64,000 nucleotides of DNA, taken from the NCBI GenBank assembly GCA_001799565.1, contig MGTS01000002.1, forward strand, positions 6,645-70,644, written 5' to 3'. Shown here one piece after another: positions 9,576-20,388 of this stretch. The stretch comes from Elusimicrobia bacterium GWA2_51_34. Lineage in GTDB: Bacteria > Elusimicrobiota > Elusimicrobia > Elusimicrobiales > UBA9959. Numbering within the stretch: position 1 is the stretch's first letter; each line of letters starts with the position of its first letter. Below the pieces are notes generated by a model that was not told where the DNA came from, made no database searches, and saw only the letters and a program-made list of their open reading frames with translations. The position numbers and the translations under genes were made by a program.

Positions 9576-11087
9576 ATGGACAAAAGTACGGAAATCCCTC
9601 TTGCGCGCAAGATCCCCGCTGAAATACTGCGTCTGGTATCTTATGAAATTGTCCGGCGCCACGGCCTGATTCCGCTTGCACTGAGCGGGGAGAAACTCCG
9701 CATCGCCGCGGTAAACCCTAATAGCTTAATAGCGCTAGACGACATCCGCCTGCGGTCCGGCTATGAACTGGAAATAGTAAAAGTCTCGCAGGCGGAGATG
9801 GATGCTCTTTTATATGAAAATTTTAACGATCCGTCGGAGCATCCCGTCTGCCAGGCATTGACGGTGGAGCCGGCAAAAGACGGGAACGAAGTTCCCCGGC
9901 CGGAAGATTCTTTTGCCGTCCGGTCAGTGGAAAAACTTTTAAATTTCGCGCTTACCATGCGCGCAAGCGACATCCACCTGGAACCGCAGCGCAACGCTCT
10001 TTTTGTGCGTTTCCGCGTGGACGGCGTGCTGAAAACTATTCATGAGTTCCCCAAGCCGGCCCAAGCCGCCATTACTTCCCGCATAAAGGTCATGGCGAAT
10101 ATGGATATTTCAGAAAAGAGGCTGCCCCACGACGGCCAGATAAACATAGAACGCGAGGGGAGGAACATAGATCTGAGAGTATCCACGCTGCCCGCCAAAT
10201 ACGGTGAAAAAGTGGTGATTCGCATACTGGATAAATCGGGAATGGCTATAGGCCTTGACACTTTGGGGCTGGAACCGGATATGCAGAGCACGTTTGAGTC
10301 CCTCATTGAAAGTCCCCATGGGATAATTCTGGTAACCGGCCCCACCGGGAGCGGAAAAACCACCACGCTTTACTCCGTTTTAAGCAAGATCAGATCGCCG
10401 TTCAAAAACATCATAACCCTTGAAGATCCCATAGAATATGAACTTCTTTGCGGCAGCGCCAATGAAATGGGAATCACCCAAGTGCAGGTGCACCCCAAAA
10501 TAGGGCTCACTTTCGCCGCGGGTTTGAGATCAGCGCTTAGACAGGATCCGGATGTTATAATGGTCGGGGAAATAAGGGACAAGGAAACCGCTGAAACGGC
10601 CATGACCGCCGCGATGACAGGCCATCTTGTGTTATCCACGCTTCACACAAACGACGCCCCCAGCGCTCTGGGAAGGCTTCTGGATATGGGCATTGAGTCT
10701 TACCTGATGGCTTCCACCGTGATAGGCATTCTGGCTCAGCGCCTTCTGCGTGTTCTGTGCTCTGACTGTAAACAAAAATATCAGCCGCCGCTTAGGGCCC
10801 TTAAAAACATGTTTCCCGCCCGCCAGAACCTGGAAAAATCCGTTTTCTACAGGGCCAAAGGCTGTCCGCACTGCCAGGGGACCGGCTATCTGGGCAGGCA
10901 CGGCGTTTTTGAGCTTTTGGTTATGTCCGATGAATTGAAACAGCTTATTCACGACGGTCAGAATCTTGAAGGGATACGTAAAATTCTGGCGGCCCAGGGA
11001 TTAAAATCGTTGAGGGAGAGCGGAATGGAGTTGGTTTTTAAGGGGCTGACTACCGTGGAAGAAGTGTCTAGGGTAGTGGTGGATTAG
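9576..11087 (+). CDS. GspE/PilB family secretion/pilus assembly ATPase
   Basis: ASDIHLEP, Walker A GPTGSGKTT, LRQDPDVIMVGEIRD, STLHTND, CxxC...CxxC zinc motif. Confidence 0.93.
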   Translation: MDKSTEIPLARKIPAEILRLVSYEIVRRHGLIPLALSGEKLRIAAVNPNSLIALDDIRLRSGYELEIVKVSQAEMDALLYENFNDPSEHPVCQALTVEPAKDGNEVPRPEDSFAVRSVEKLLNFALTMRASDIHLEPQRNALFVRFRVDGVLKTIHEFPKPAQAAITSRIKVMANMDISEKRLPHDGQINIEREGRNIDLRVSTLPAKYGEKVVIRILDKSGMAIGLDTLGLEPDMQSTFESLIESPHGIILVTGPTGSGKTTTLYSVLSKIRSPFKNIITLEDPIEYELLCGSANEMGITQVQVHPKIGLTFAAGLRSALRQDPDVIMVGEIRDKETAETAMTAAMTGHLVLSTLHTNDAPSALGRLLDMGIESYLMASTVIGILAQRLLRVLCSDCKQKYQPPLRALKNMFPARQNLEKSVFYRAKGCPHCQGTGYLGRHGVFELLVMSDELKQLIHDGQNLEGIRKILAAQGLKSLRESGMELVFKGLTTVEEVSRVVVD

Positions 11088-11182
11088 GGAAGGTAGCGGC
11101 GATGGGCAGAGTGGGCGTAAATAATGAACCCCTTGCCAAAACCCCGCGCCCGATACTTTTCTCCTATATACGAACGGAATTC

Positions 11183-12790
11183 ATGAAAGAACAGATAACA
11201 ATATTGGTGGTGGACGATGATCCTGAAATACAAGACCTGTTGACAAACGAACTTTGTTCCCGCGGCTATAAAGTGGTTACGGCTTATAATGGAGAGGAGG
11301 CCCTTGAAAAATTCAAGAAGGGAAAATTTAGCCTGGTTATCAGCGACATTAAAATGCCACGGCTGGGGGGCCTTGGATTGCTGGCCGCCATTAAAAAAAT
11401 AAATCCCGAAGTAGAGGTTATCATGTCCACCGGGTACGCCACAATTGAAACGGCGGTAAGCGCCATGAAAAAAGGCGCATACGATTTTGTGCAGAAACCG
11501 TTCAATCTTGAGGAAATTTTCGCCATAATAGAGAAGGCCCTGGAAAAAAGCGAGCTAAAGACCCTGCTTGGAATTTACGAGGCGGGAACAAACATCTTTT
11601 CGTCGATCAAGCTGGATGAACTCCTGTCCGGTATGGCCGGACTTGCTACCCGGATTCTTAAGGCCGATGACGCGTCCATTATGCTGCTGGACCAGGAGGG
11701 GAGGCTTGCTGTCGCAGCAACCTCCGGTTTTGACAATGACGAACAGAAAAAAACACGCCTGGCGCTGGGCGAAAGGGTAGCGGGCAAGGTGGCCCGGGAC
11801 AAGGGGCCGGTTATCATTGACGGGCCGCTGGATAAGGACCTGCGATTTTTAAACATAGACAGTCTTCGCGACATCCGTTCCGCAATTGTGTTTCCGCTGG
11901 TGATGGAAGGGCGTCTGCTAGGGGTTTTAAACGCCAATCGCACCGTCCTGGAAACTCCGTTTACCGCCTCCGACCTCCGGTATGCCTCTGTTTTCTGCGC
12001 CCAGATAACCCAGGCCATACATAACGCCACGCTTTACCGTGAACTGGACGACAAGATGCGGGAGACCAGGCAAATGCAGTCCCAGCTTATTCAGTCGGAA
12101 AAACTGGCGGCCATCGGTAAACTGGCGGCCGGAGTGGCGCATGAGATAAATAATCCGCTTGTAAGTATCATGGGGTTCACGGAACTGCTGCTTAAAGACA
12201 AAGATCTCTCTTCGGGCCAGCGCGAAGACTTGCAATCCATTCTGGAGCAGAGCCGGCGCTGCAGCAGGATCGTGCAGAATCTCCTTCAGTTCAGCCGCGG
12301 GAAAAAAGGGACTGACGAAACCGTCAGCCTGAGCCTTCTGCTGGAAGCAAGCCTGCAATTGATGAAGTATGATCTGATCCGGTCAAATATTACGGTTGAA
12401 AAAAACTTCCCCGAAGATCTTCCCGCCGTGCAGGGGGATACAGTGCAGTTGGAGCAGGTATGCCTCAATCTCATAGGTAACGCGCGGCAGGCGATGGAAG
12501 GCAAGAAGGACGGGATCATAAAAATAGACGTTTCCCAAGATGCGGGGCGGATCATTGTGCGGTTTGAAGATAACGGCTGCGGCATCCCGCCGGAAAATCT
12601 GGGCAAAGTATTTGACCCGTTTTTTACCACAAAGCCGGTGGGCCAGGGAACGGGGCTTGGACTGGCCATCTCTTACGGGATCATTCAGCAGCACAAGGGT
12701 ACGATTCGGGTGGAAAGCCAGGCGGAGGTTGGGACGACCTTCATCGTTTCCCTTCCTGTTGCCGCGAAGGCACCGGATAAAAGAAGCTGA
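11183..12790 (+). CDS. REC-GAF-HisKA-HATPase histidine kinase
   Basis: N-terminal receiver (SDIKMP), GAF, GVAHEINNP H-box, PFFTTK..G.GTGLGL. Confidence 0.93.
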   Translation: MKEQITILVVDDDPEIQDLLTNELCSRGYKVVTAYNGEEALEKFKKGKFSLVISDIKMPRLGGLGLLAAIKKINPEVEVIMSTGYATIETAVSAMKKGAYDFVQKPFNLEEIFAIIEKALEKSELKTLLGIYEAGTNIFSSIKLDELLSGMAGLATRILKADDASIMLLDQEGRLAVAATSGFDNDEQKKTRLALGERVAGKVARDKGPVIIDGPLDKDLRFLNIDSLRDIRSAIVFPLVMEGRLLGVLNANRTVLETPFTASDLRYASVFCAQITQAIHNATLYRELDDKMRETRQMQSQLIQSEKLAAIGKLAAGVAHEINNPLVSIMGFTELLLKDKDLSSGQREDLQSILEQSRRCSRIVQNLLQFSRGKKGTDETVSLSLLLEASLQLMKYDLIRSNITVEKNFPEDLPAVQGDTVQLEQVCLNLIGNARQAMEGKKDGIIKIDVSQDAGRIIVRFEDNGCGIPPENLGKVFDPFFTTKPVGQGTGLGLAISYGIIQQHKGTIRVESQAEVGTTFIVSLPVAAKAPDKRS

Positions 12791-12792
12791 TT

Positions 12793-14772
12793 ATGAAAAC
12801 AATATTGAAGATGATCCCCGCGCTGGCACTCTTAAGCTTCCCGGAAACCGCCGTCAGGGCGGCAGACGGCGGCACCTTCCAGTTATTTGAGGAGGAGGCT
12901 GTCATTATAACGGCCGCCAAGCGGGCTCAGACGGTCACGAAAGCGGCTGCCAGCGCCTCCGTAATCACCGCCGAGAACATTAAACTCTACGGTTACCGCA
13001 CTCTCGGCGAAGCCCTTCAAAGCGTGCCGGGGTTTTACGTTACGGACGACCGTAATTACACTTACCTGTGGGTACGCGGCTTCGGCCGGCCAGGCGATTA
13101 CAATTCCAGGGTCCTCCTGTTGATAAACGGCCACAGGATGAATGACAATATTTACGGCGAGCCCTTTGTCGGGCATGAGTTTTCGTTGGATATGGAATCG
13201 ATTTCCCGAATAGAAGTGATAAAAGGACCGGGAGCCTCGCTTTATGGCGATAACGCCTTATTTGCCGTCATCAATGTAATAACCAGAACGGCGGCGCAGG
13301 AAACCGGAATAGGTGTGAACGCGGAAGCCGGGAGTTACGGCACACATAAAGAATTCGCCGACGTCTCGCACAAATTCAGTAACGGGCTTAATATTTACGC
13401 TTCCGGGTCCACACGGAAAATGCAGGGGCAGAGCCTGCATTTTTCTGAATTCTCCTCCGTCAACGGCGGAGACACCGGCAGAACTGCCGACGCTGAAAAG
13501 AACCACACTTTCTACATTGATATGTCAATGAACGGCTGGAGATTGCATGGAAATACGAACGTGCGGACCAAGGCCCTTCCCACCGCCTCATACGGCACCA
13601 CCTTCAATGATTCCCGTACTGAAACCACGGATTCCCGCAGCTTCATTGAACTGCGCAAAGACATAAGCCTTCGGGAAAACCTCAATCTTATCGCGCGGGT
13701 TCATTATGACTGGTATTATTACAGAGGTCGTTACGTGTCGGACAACGCAACGCCGCCTCCGGCACAGACAGATAGTCACGATAGCTCAAAAAGCTCCTGG
13801 TATGGCGAAGAGGGCCGGCTTCAGTACGATTTTGGAGGGGACAGCATACTTACTTTAGGCCAGGAATATGAAAAAAACACCGTGGGATTGCAGCAAGCCT
13901 ACACTGTTGACCCTTACTCGGAAGATCTTGACGCGAGTTACACGCCTTACCGCTGGGCTGTCTTCGCCCAGCAGGAGTTAAAACCGCTGGATTCCCTGCG
14001 TCTGACTCTTGGCGGCCGCTACGACCGGTATCAGGCGTTTGATTACACTATCAACCCGCGTTTTGCCGTTGTCTATGATCTTTTTGAAAAAACCACCCTG
14101 AAATTTATGGCGGGGTCGGCTTTTAAAGCCCCCACCGCGTTTGAAATGCTGTACGCATTTTCCGGTCAAAACAAAGCCAATGCCTACCTGCGGCCGGAAA
14201 AGATAACCACCTATGAAGCCTATTGCGAGCGGCAATTGCCGGGGCAATGGGGACATGTGGGCGTTGGATATTTCCAGAACCACATCAAAGACCTTATAAG
14301 CCAGATCGTGGATCCGGACGATGGCCTGGTGCAATTCGTCAATAAAGAACGTGTTAAAACGGAAGGTTTGGAATTGAACGCCAAACTGCGCGCCGGCTCC
14401 CGTATCTCCGGGCATGCGGGCTACACTATGCAAAACACCCGGGAGGTGGGAGGAGGTCGCTTATCCAACTCGCCTAAGCACACCGGTACCGTAGGTATAA
14501 CCGGAAAGCTCCCGGATATGGAAACCTCAGCCGGTCTGGAGCTTTTTGTGGTAGGGCCGCGTACGACATTCCAGGAAACCCGTCTTCGCTCAGCCGCGCT
14601 GCTGTCGCTTAATCTTTCAGCCAAACCCTGGAAGGCGGGCCCGCGCTGTTATCTTGGCGTATATAACCTCACGAACGCGGACTACCAGGCATCAGGGTCT
14701 GCGGATCATGTACAGGCGGCTTTAGCGCAGAACGGCAGGAACTACACTATCGGGCTGCAACACCGGTTTTAA
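12793..14772 (+). CDS. TonB-dependent receptor 1
   Basis: Signal peptide, plug motifs (RGF, LLINGH, RIEVIKGPGASLYG), YNLTN near the C-terminus, terminal Phe. Confidence 0.92.
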   Translation: MKTILKMIPALALLSFPETAVRAADGGTFQLFEEEAVIITAAKRAQTVTKAAASASVITAENIKLYGYRTLGEALQSVPGFYVTDDRNYTYLWVRGFGRPGDYNSRVLLLINGHRMNDNIYGEPFVGHEFSLDMESISRIEVIKGPGASLYGDNALFAVINVITRTAAQETGIGVNAEAGSYGTHKEFADVSHKFSNGLNIYASGSTRKMQGQSLHFSEFSSVNGGDTGRTADAEKNHTFYIDMSMNGWRLHGNTNVRTKALPTASYGTTFNDSRTETTDSRSFIELRKDISLRENLNLIARVHYDWYYYRGRYVSDNATPPPAQTDSHDSSKSSWYGEEGRLQYDFGGDSILTLGQEYEKNTVGLQQAYTVDPYSEDLDASYTPYRWAVFAQQELKPLDSLRLTLGGRYDRYQAFDYTINPRFAVVYDLFEKTTLKFMAGSAFKAPTAFEMLYAFSGQNKANAYLRPEKITTYEAYCERQLPGQWGHVGVGYFQNHIKDLISQIVDPDDGLVQFVNKERVKTEGLELNAKLRAGSRISGHAGYTMQNTREVGGGRLSNSPKHTGTVGITGKLPDMETSAGLELFVVGPRTTFQETRLRSAALLSLNLSAKPWKAGPRCYLGVYNLTNADYQASGSADHVQAALAQNGRNYTIGLQHRF

Positions 14773-14777
14773 GCGCC

Positions 14778-15710
14778 ATGAAAAAGAATACTGATAATTT
14801 TGCCGCAGGGGAGACGATACCGTGGAAGCGGAGGCGTTTAGCATCCGCTCTTGTCTTTGCGGCAACGCTTCTTGTATATGCCGTCATAGGCCGCGGGTCC
14901 GCCCAGGAGATCACGGCGGTGCTAAGTTCCGGTTCCAACGCATACGCGGAGTCTCTTGCGGGGTTTGAAAAGGAATGGGGGCAGCCGGTGCCTGCGGCAA
15001 ATATGGCAAGTGAAAACGTGACACTCTCCCACAATAGCAGCTTAGTCATAGCTTTCGGCGCTAAAGCGGCTATGCGGTCGTATCCGGAAAGCCTGACTCT
15101 GGTCTACTGGTCGCCGGGCCTGGGCATTAATCAGATAGGCCGGGCCGGGCCGGCCATTAAGATCTGCCTTGGAGCGCGGCCCGATATTCTGATTTCGCGA
15201 TTAAAGGAGATACAGCCGAAACTTAAAAACCTCAGGATATTTTTTATGGCTAATTACTATACGCGCTATATTGAAGATATGCGCCAGACATCCCGCTCTT
15301 TGGGAATTATAATCCAGGCGGACAAGTTGAACCGGACAAGCGAGCTTCCCGCCCGGCTCCGGGCTATGGAGACAAAACCGGACGCAGTGCTTATACTTAA
15401 TGACCCTCTGCTCATCAATGCCCAGACCTTTGCGATACTTAAGAATTATTCATGGGCCAACGGCGTTCCCCTTTACGCGCCTACCGCCGGGCTTGTGGAG
15501 CAGGGCGCCACGGCGTCCGTAGGGCCCGCTTTCGCGGAGTTAGGACGCGCGGCTGCCCAGACAGTGCGGAAGATCTTAGCGGGGAACTCCACCGGAGAAG
15601 AAATATATCCCGAAATAAACGAAATAGCGGTAAATCTTACGGCGGCGGAAAAAACAGGCGTCATTCTAAGTGAAGGATTTATTAAGAAGGTGCAGAAGGT
15701 GTTCCCATGA
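14778..15710 (+). CDS. Periplasmic ABC_sub_bind-type substrate-binding protein 1
   Basis: N-terminal hydrophobic segment; PDAVLILNDPLL, LVEQGA, ELGRAAA, VNLTAAEKTG; ends KVFP. Confidence 0.8.
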   Translation: MKKNTDNFAAGETIPWKRRRLASALVFAATLLVYAVIGRGSAQEITAVLSSGSNAYAESLAGFEKEWGQPVPAANMASENVTLSHNSSLVIAFGAKAAMRSYPESLTLVYWSPGLGINQIGRAGPAIKICLGARPDILISRLKEIQPKLKNLRIFFMANYYTRYIEDMRQTSRSLGIIIQADKLNRTSELPARLRAMETKPDAVLILNDPLLINAQTFAILKNYSWANGVPLYAPTAGLVEQGATASVGPAFAELGRAAAQTVRKILAGNSTGEEIYPEINEIAVNLTAAEKTGVILSEGFIKKVQKVFP

Positions 15711-15741
15711 CGATCCGGACCAAAACTGATAGGAGAAACGT

Positions 15742-17616
15742 ATGAAAAATATATCGCGATCGGCTCTGCTGATTTTCCTGCTTATAGCCCAGGCGCCCGC
15801 GGCGCGCGCTGACGAAGGCGACGCCTTCAGTTTTTTTGACGAGGAGGCGCAAGTTGTAACCGCCTCGCGCCGCTCCCAGAAAATAACCGAATCGCCTTCG
15901 GCCATTTCAGTAATAACGGCTGAGGATATAAGGCTTATGGGCGCGCGCAGTGTGGCGGAAGCGCTTAATCTGCTCCCCGGAGTAGATCTGCGCTTTACCA
16001 ACCAGAACGCTTTCGGCGGCGGCATCAGAGGGGCTGAACAGATATACGCCAACAAAATAGTCCTCATGATAGACGGCCGGTCCTGGACAGTAGACTTCTA
16101 CACGGCGCCGGCGCTGGACATGCTGCCGGTTACGCTGGAAGATATCAGCAGAATAGAAGTGCTGCGCGGCGCCGGTTCCTCTTTATACGGTTCCGGGGCC
16201 ATATATGGTGTTATAAATATAATAACAAAGCAGGCTAAAGATGCTCAGGGCGCATATGTAAACACCGTCGCCGGAACACAAAACTATTACCAGGGCTCGG
16301 CCCGTTACGGCGGAGCGGCCGGCGCCAATACTCAATACCGGATCAGTGCGGACGCTTTGACGATTGGTCGTTATGCGGGCGGCGCCACCGCTTTAAGGAC
16401 CGCTCCGGGCGTAAACGCCAGAGTGGACCACAAGCTGAAAAACGGGGCGCTGTTGGGTTTTGACGGAAGTTACCGGCGTTCCCAGACAGAGGCTTTCTTT
16501 TCATCAACTGATCTCGCGGTTGCGGGCGTGAAGTATACCGCTGGGGGATTTATGGTAAACGGCGACTTTCAGTATAAAACCGGTCAGACCAGCGAGATGT
16601 TCCACAATGTGCTCTTCACCACAAACCGCGCCGCGCTGGACGTTCAGCAGTCATTTGAACCGGCTGAAAACAATAAACTGCTGATTGGAGCTGATGTAAT
16701 CCAGTTAAACGTATCCGCGTCCCAATTGGGCGGAAACCGCAAAAATACAACTCTGGCCGGTTTCGTAGAGGATAGCCATCGTTTTGAAAATATCATTATA
16801 AATGGAGGAATGCGCATTGACAGATATCCGCAAATGCCGGACGTGATATCGCACCGGACCGGCGCTACATACTCGTTTAATGACGACCACTCGCTCAGAT
16901 TCACCTGGGGCAGGGCATTCCGCAATCCGGACTTGACTGAAACCTACGTAAACAGCGAAATAGACATTGGGATAGGTGTTCAGATACCAATAAACGGCAA
17001 TACCGGCCTTAAGGCCGAAAGTGCGCAAACTTACGAACTGGGATATCAGGGAAGGCTGAACTCCGATATTAATATGTCGGCCAATATGTTTTACACCAAG
17101 TTTAAGAATCCCATAATACTGCACGCCGTCTCCTATCTGCCGGCGCCATTCGACAGTGTGCCCACGGCAGTACGCGCCGATAATTTAGGCCGAGGCGCGC
17201 AATATGGCGCCGAAGTTGAGTTCAGGGCCAAATTAAGCGAGTATCTGACAGGTCTTGCGAACTACACGTATATGGGAAGTGAAATCTTAGACGGTGTGAC
17301 GAAAAGAAACCTTGGAGACACCACGCCCAGGCATATAGCCAACGCCCAGCTTCGCGGCCGGTTCCGGAATGGATTTGGCGCCAATGCCTGGGTGCGTTAC
17401 CGCGGGGTTTCAAACTGGGATAACTCCACGGCGGAACCCAGGTCAAATCCGTCAGCCACCCTCAATGTGAGAATCGGCTATGAGTTTGACTTCTACGGCG
17501 GCAAAGCGGAAGCCGGACTCGCGGCTTATAATGTTACGAATCATCCGGTCAATGAGATGCCGGGTTATGATCATAGCATGCGCAGGGTGACAGCAGACCT
17601 GACTTATAGGTTTTAA
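15742..17616 (+). CDS. TonB-dependent receptor 2
   Basis: Signal peptide, ESPSAISVIT, RIEVLRGAGSSLYG..A..GVINIIT plug motif, terminal Phe. Confidence 0.92.
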   Translation: MKNISRSALLIFLLIAQAPAARADEGDAFSFFDEEAQVVTASRRSQKITESPSAISVITAEDIRLMGARSVAEALNLLPGVDLRFTNQNAFGGGIRGAEQIYANKIVLMIDGRSWTVDFYTAPALDMLPVTLEDISRIEVLRGAGSSLYGSGAIYGVINIITKQAKDAQGAYVNTVAGTQNYYQGSARYGGAAGANTQYRISADALTIGRYAGGATALRTAPGVNARVDHKLKNGALLGFDGSYRRSQTEAFFSSTDLAVAGVKYTAGGFMVNGDFQYKTGQTSEMFHNVLFTTNRAALDVQQSFEPAENNKLLIGADVIQLNVSASQLGGNRKNTTLAGFVEDSHRFENIIINGGMRIDRYPQMPDVISHRTGATYSFNDDHSLRFTWGRAFRNPDLTETYVNSEIDIGIGVQIPINGNTGLKAESAQTYELGYQGRLNSDINMSANMFYTKFKNPIILHAVSYLPAPFDSVPTAVRADNLGRGAQYGAEVEFRAKLSEYLTGLANYTYMGSEILDGVTKRNLGDTTPRHIANAQLRGRFRNGFGANAWVRYRGVSNWDNSTAEPRSNPSATLNVRIGYEFDFYGGKAEAGLAAYNVTNHPVNEMPGYDHSMRRVTADLTYRF

Positions 17617-17626
17617 TAAGACCATT

Positions 17627-18493
17627 ATGAAAAAGCACCTATTTATAGTTTTAGCGGAGCTCTTATGCCTGTCAGCCATCTGTCCGGCGAATGCGCACGA
17701 GATAGCCGCGGTTCTAAGCTCGGATTCACAATACTATGTTGAGGCTTTCAACGGTTTCCAGAACGCCATAGGTTATCCAGTTAAATCTTTTACCATGCAG
17801 AAAGCCCCGGTCCAAATAAGCGCCGCGACAAAAGTAGTTGTAGCTTTCGGAGGAAGAGCCTCGCTACTGGATTATGAAACCGCAGCATGCATTGTTTCCT
17901 GCATGGCTCCAAGCGTGGAAATTAATGACAATCGCTACTATTATATTTCAATGTCGCCGCGGCCCGGCCTGCTTTTGTCAAAACTTAAGCTTATCCAGCC
18001 TGCGCTTAAACGCCTTGCCGTATTCTGGACATCTGAATCCATGAAGGATTATCTAAGGCAAATACAGCAGGAGGCGGCTTTGGCGGACATAACGCTGACC
18101 GCGGTGCGGCTGAAAAACTTAAACGAGCTTCCGGATCATCTCCGCGCCATGCAGGGGAAAACCGACGCTATATTTTTCCCGCCGGATCCTCTTCTTGTAA
18201 ACGCGCAGACTTTTGAAACAGTCAGGGATTTTTCCGCGCAAAATCATATCCCGTTTTACGCCCCGACTGAAGCTCTTGTGGAAAAAGGCGCTGTGGCTTC
18301 GGTTTCAAGCAGTTTTGAAAACATGGGCCGCAGCGCGGCTTTCATAGTTGACCGGCTGTTCAACGGGAAAACGGTGAAGCAGATCACTTATTCGGATGAG
18401 GTCCGCCTGGCCATAAATCTGAAGGCCGCCGGCCTCGCGGGGCTTAAAATCACTCCTGAAATGCTGACAAACGTGGATAAGGTTTTTCCATGA
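17627..18493 (+). CDS. Periplasmic ABC_sub_bind-type substrate-binding protein 2
   Basis: Paralog of 14778..15710 (EIAAVLSS, DPLLVNAQTF, KVFP). Confidence 0.8.
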   Translation: MKKHLFIVLAELLCLSAICPANAHEIAAVLSSDSQYYVEAFNGFQNAIGYPVKSFTMQKAPVQISAATKVVVAFGGRASLLDYETAACIVSCMAPSVEINDNRYYYISMSPRPGLLLSKLKLIQPALKRLAVFWTSESMKDYLRQIQQEAALADITLTAVRLKNLNELPDHLRAMQGKTDAIFFPPDPLLVNAQTFETVRDFSAQNHIPFYAPTEALVEKGAVASVSSSFENMGRSAAFIVDRLFNGKTVKQITYSDEVRLAINLKAAGLAGLKITPEMLTNVDKVFP

Positions 18494-20388
18494 AACTTTT
18501 AACAAAGCTTTTGCTTTTTTTTGTTCCTTTAACGCTGTTTTTGGTCGGCGCGGCGGTGATCATCTCTGGAAAGGGCATACACAGTATTTTGGTGGATGAG
18601 GTTAACAATCGCGGTTTGGCTCAGATATCCGGAAACACAAAGGCTTTTTCCATGGCTTTTGAATCCGGAACCGAAGCCGCGCTTCTTCCGCTTTTACAGT
18701 CTCTGAAAGAACAGCTCCATGGCGTGCAGGCGGCGGCGCTGGATCAGACGGGCAGAGTTCTGGCGCATACAAACGTGATGGAGAAAGGCAAAACCTACTC
18801 CGACGCACTCACAACCGGGATGTTGCGTTCAGAGTCCCCTGTTTTCCGTGAAACCGCAATACAAGGGGAAGTGGTACTTGAAATATCAGCTCCTGTATGG
18901 AGTGAGGAGAAAGAGGATTTTTTAATCACGGCCGGAGATAAATCCCAAAAACAGCGCTTCGGCACCATAATGCTTGGTATGCCGTTGACTCGCACGATTC
19001 AGCTTGAAAGCAGGCTCTTTGTACGTCAGTCCGTGTTCCTTATTCTGGCGGCCGGCGGACTTTCACTGGGGCTTATTTTTTTTATGATGTGGATGATATT
19101 ACTACCGGCGCGGCGCCTTGCGGCTGGTATATCAAAAGTCAGCGAAGGACAATACGGGCTGACCGTTCCGGTGGGTTCAAATGATGAGCTTGGGCAACTG
19201 ACCGCCGCTTTCAATTTAATGGCCGGGAATCTTGGGAAAACAACCGTTTCCCGCGACAAACTTGCCGAAGAAATTATTGAGCGCAAGCGCATAGAAGAGG
19301 CCCTGCGTGAAACGGAGGAAAAATATAGGCTGCAATTTGAAGGAGCATTGGACGCAATCGTAGTGGCGGACGCTGAAACCGGCCTGATGGTAAATGTAAA
19401 TAACGCAACGGCAAAATTGGTCGGCAGGGAAAAATCAGAACTCATCGGCCAGCACCAGCGGATTCTGTATCCTCCTCAGGGAATCGGAAGGGGAGAATCC
19501 GCTGATACTTTTGAATATCATCTTACGGAGAAAAAAGACCAGGCTTTGGAAGCGCAGGTTATTACCAAAACAGGGGAACTAAAAGAAGTTTCCATAACGG
19601 TAAGCCAGCTTGAGATCAGAGGGGGGAAATTTTTACAGGGCATCTTTCGCGACGTAACCATGCAAAGGAAGCTGGAAGCCAGCCTGATGCAGTCTGATAA
19701 GCTTTCGGCGATAGGCCAGCTTGCGGCCGGCGTGGCCCATGAAATCAATAATCCTCTGGGGATTATTCTTGGATTTGCCCAAAGCGTGATAAAAAGACTC
19801 AAAGAAGGCGATTCTCTGGCGCTTCCGCTTAAAACAATAGAGCGGGAAGCTATTCGCTGCAAAGATCTGGTGCAGAATTTGCTTGTTTTTTCAAGAACTC
19901 CCAAGGGCGCTCAGTTGGAGGAGCTGGATACAAATGCCGTCATAGAAGGAGCCTTGTCTTTGATTTCTGCTCAAACCAAAACGCATAATGTTGAACTTGT
20001 CAAAGAGCTGTATGCCGCCTTCCTCCGGATCTGCGCCAATAAAACCCAGCTCCAGCAGGTTATTATCAATCTGGCCAATAACGCCCTTGACGCGATGCCC
20101 AAAGGCGGGACGCTTACCATCAGCACAGTTGTTTCCGCTAAACAGCCGGGACATGTGGAAATACGTGTCAGGGATACGGGCACCGGCATTGCGAAAGATT
20201 TGCAAAAGAAGATCTTTGAACCTTTCTTTACAACCAAAGAAGTGGGGAAAGGCACGGGCCTTGGACTATCGCTGGTGTACGAGATAGTGCAAAAGCACGG
20301 CGGGACCATTGAGTTGGTAAGTGAAGAGGGGAAGGGGGCCGTGTTTACCGTTCTTTTACCTCTTAAACCCGCGGCGGGGAAGTGCTGA
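18490..20388 (+). CDS. Membrane sensor histidine kinase (TM-periplasmic-TM-HAMP-PAS-HisKA-HATPase)
   Basis: Two TMs, HAMP NDELGQLTAAFNLM, GVAHEINNP; ATGA overlap with the SBP gene. Confidence 0.93.
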   Translation: MKLLTKLLLFFVPLTLFLVGAAVIISGKGIHSILVDEVNNRGLAQISGNTKAFSMAFESGTEAALLPLLQSLKEQLHGVQAAALDQTGRVLAHTNVMEKGKTYSDALTTGMLRSESPVFRETAIQGEVVLEISAPVWSEEKEDFLITAGDKSQKQRFGTIMLGMPLTRTIQLESRLFVRQSVFLILAAGGLSLGLIFFMMWMILLPARRLAAGISKVSEGQYGLTVPVGSNDELGQLTAAFNLMAGNLGKTTVSRDKLAEEIIERKRIEEALRETEEKYRLQFEGALDAIVVADAETGLMVNVNNATAKLVGREKSELIGQHQRILYPPQGIGRGESADTFEYHLTEKKDQALEAQVITKTGELKEVSITVSQLEIRGGKFLQGIFRDVTMQRKLEASLMQSDKLSAIGQLAAGVAHEINNPLGIILGFAQSVIKRLKEGDSLALPLKTIEREAIRCKDLVQNLLVFSRTPKGAQLEELDTNAVIEGALSLISAQTKTHNVELVKELYAAFLRICANKTQLQQVIINLANNALDAMPKGGTLTISTVVSAKQPGHVEIRVRDTGTGIAKDLQKKIFEPFFTTKEVGKGTGLGLSLVYEIVQKHGGTIELVSEEGKGAVFTVLLPLKPAAGKC

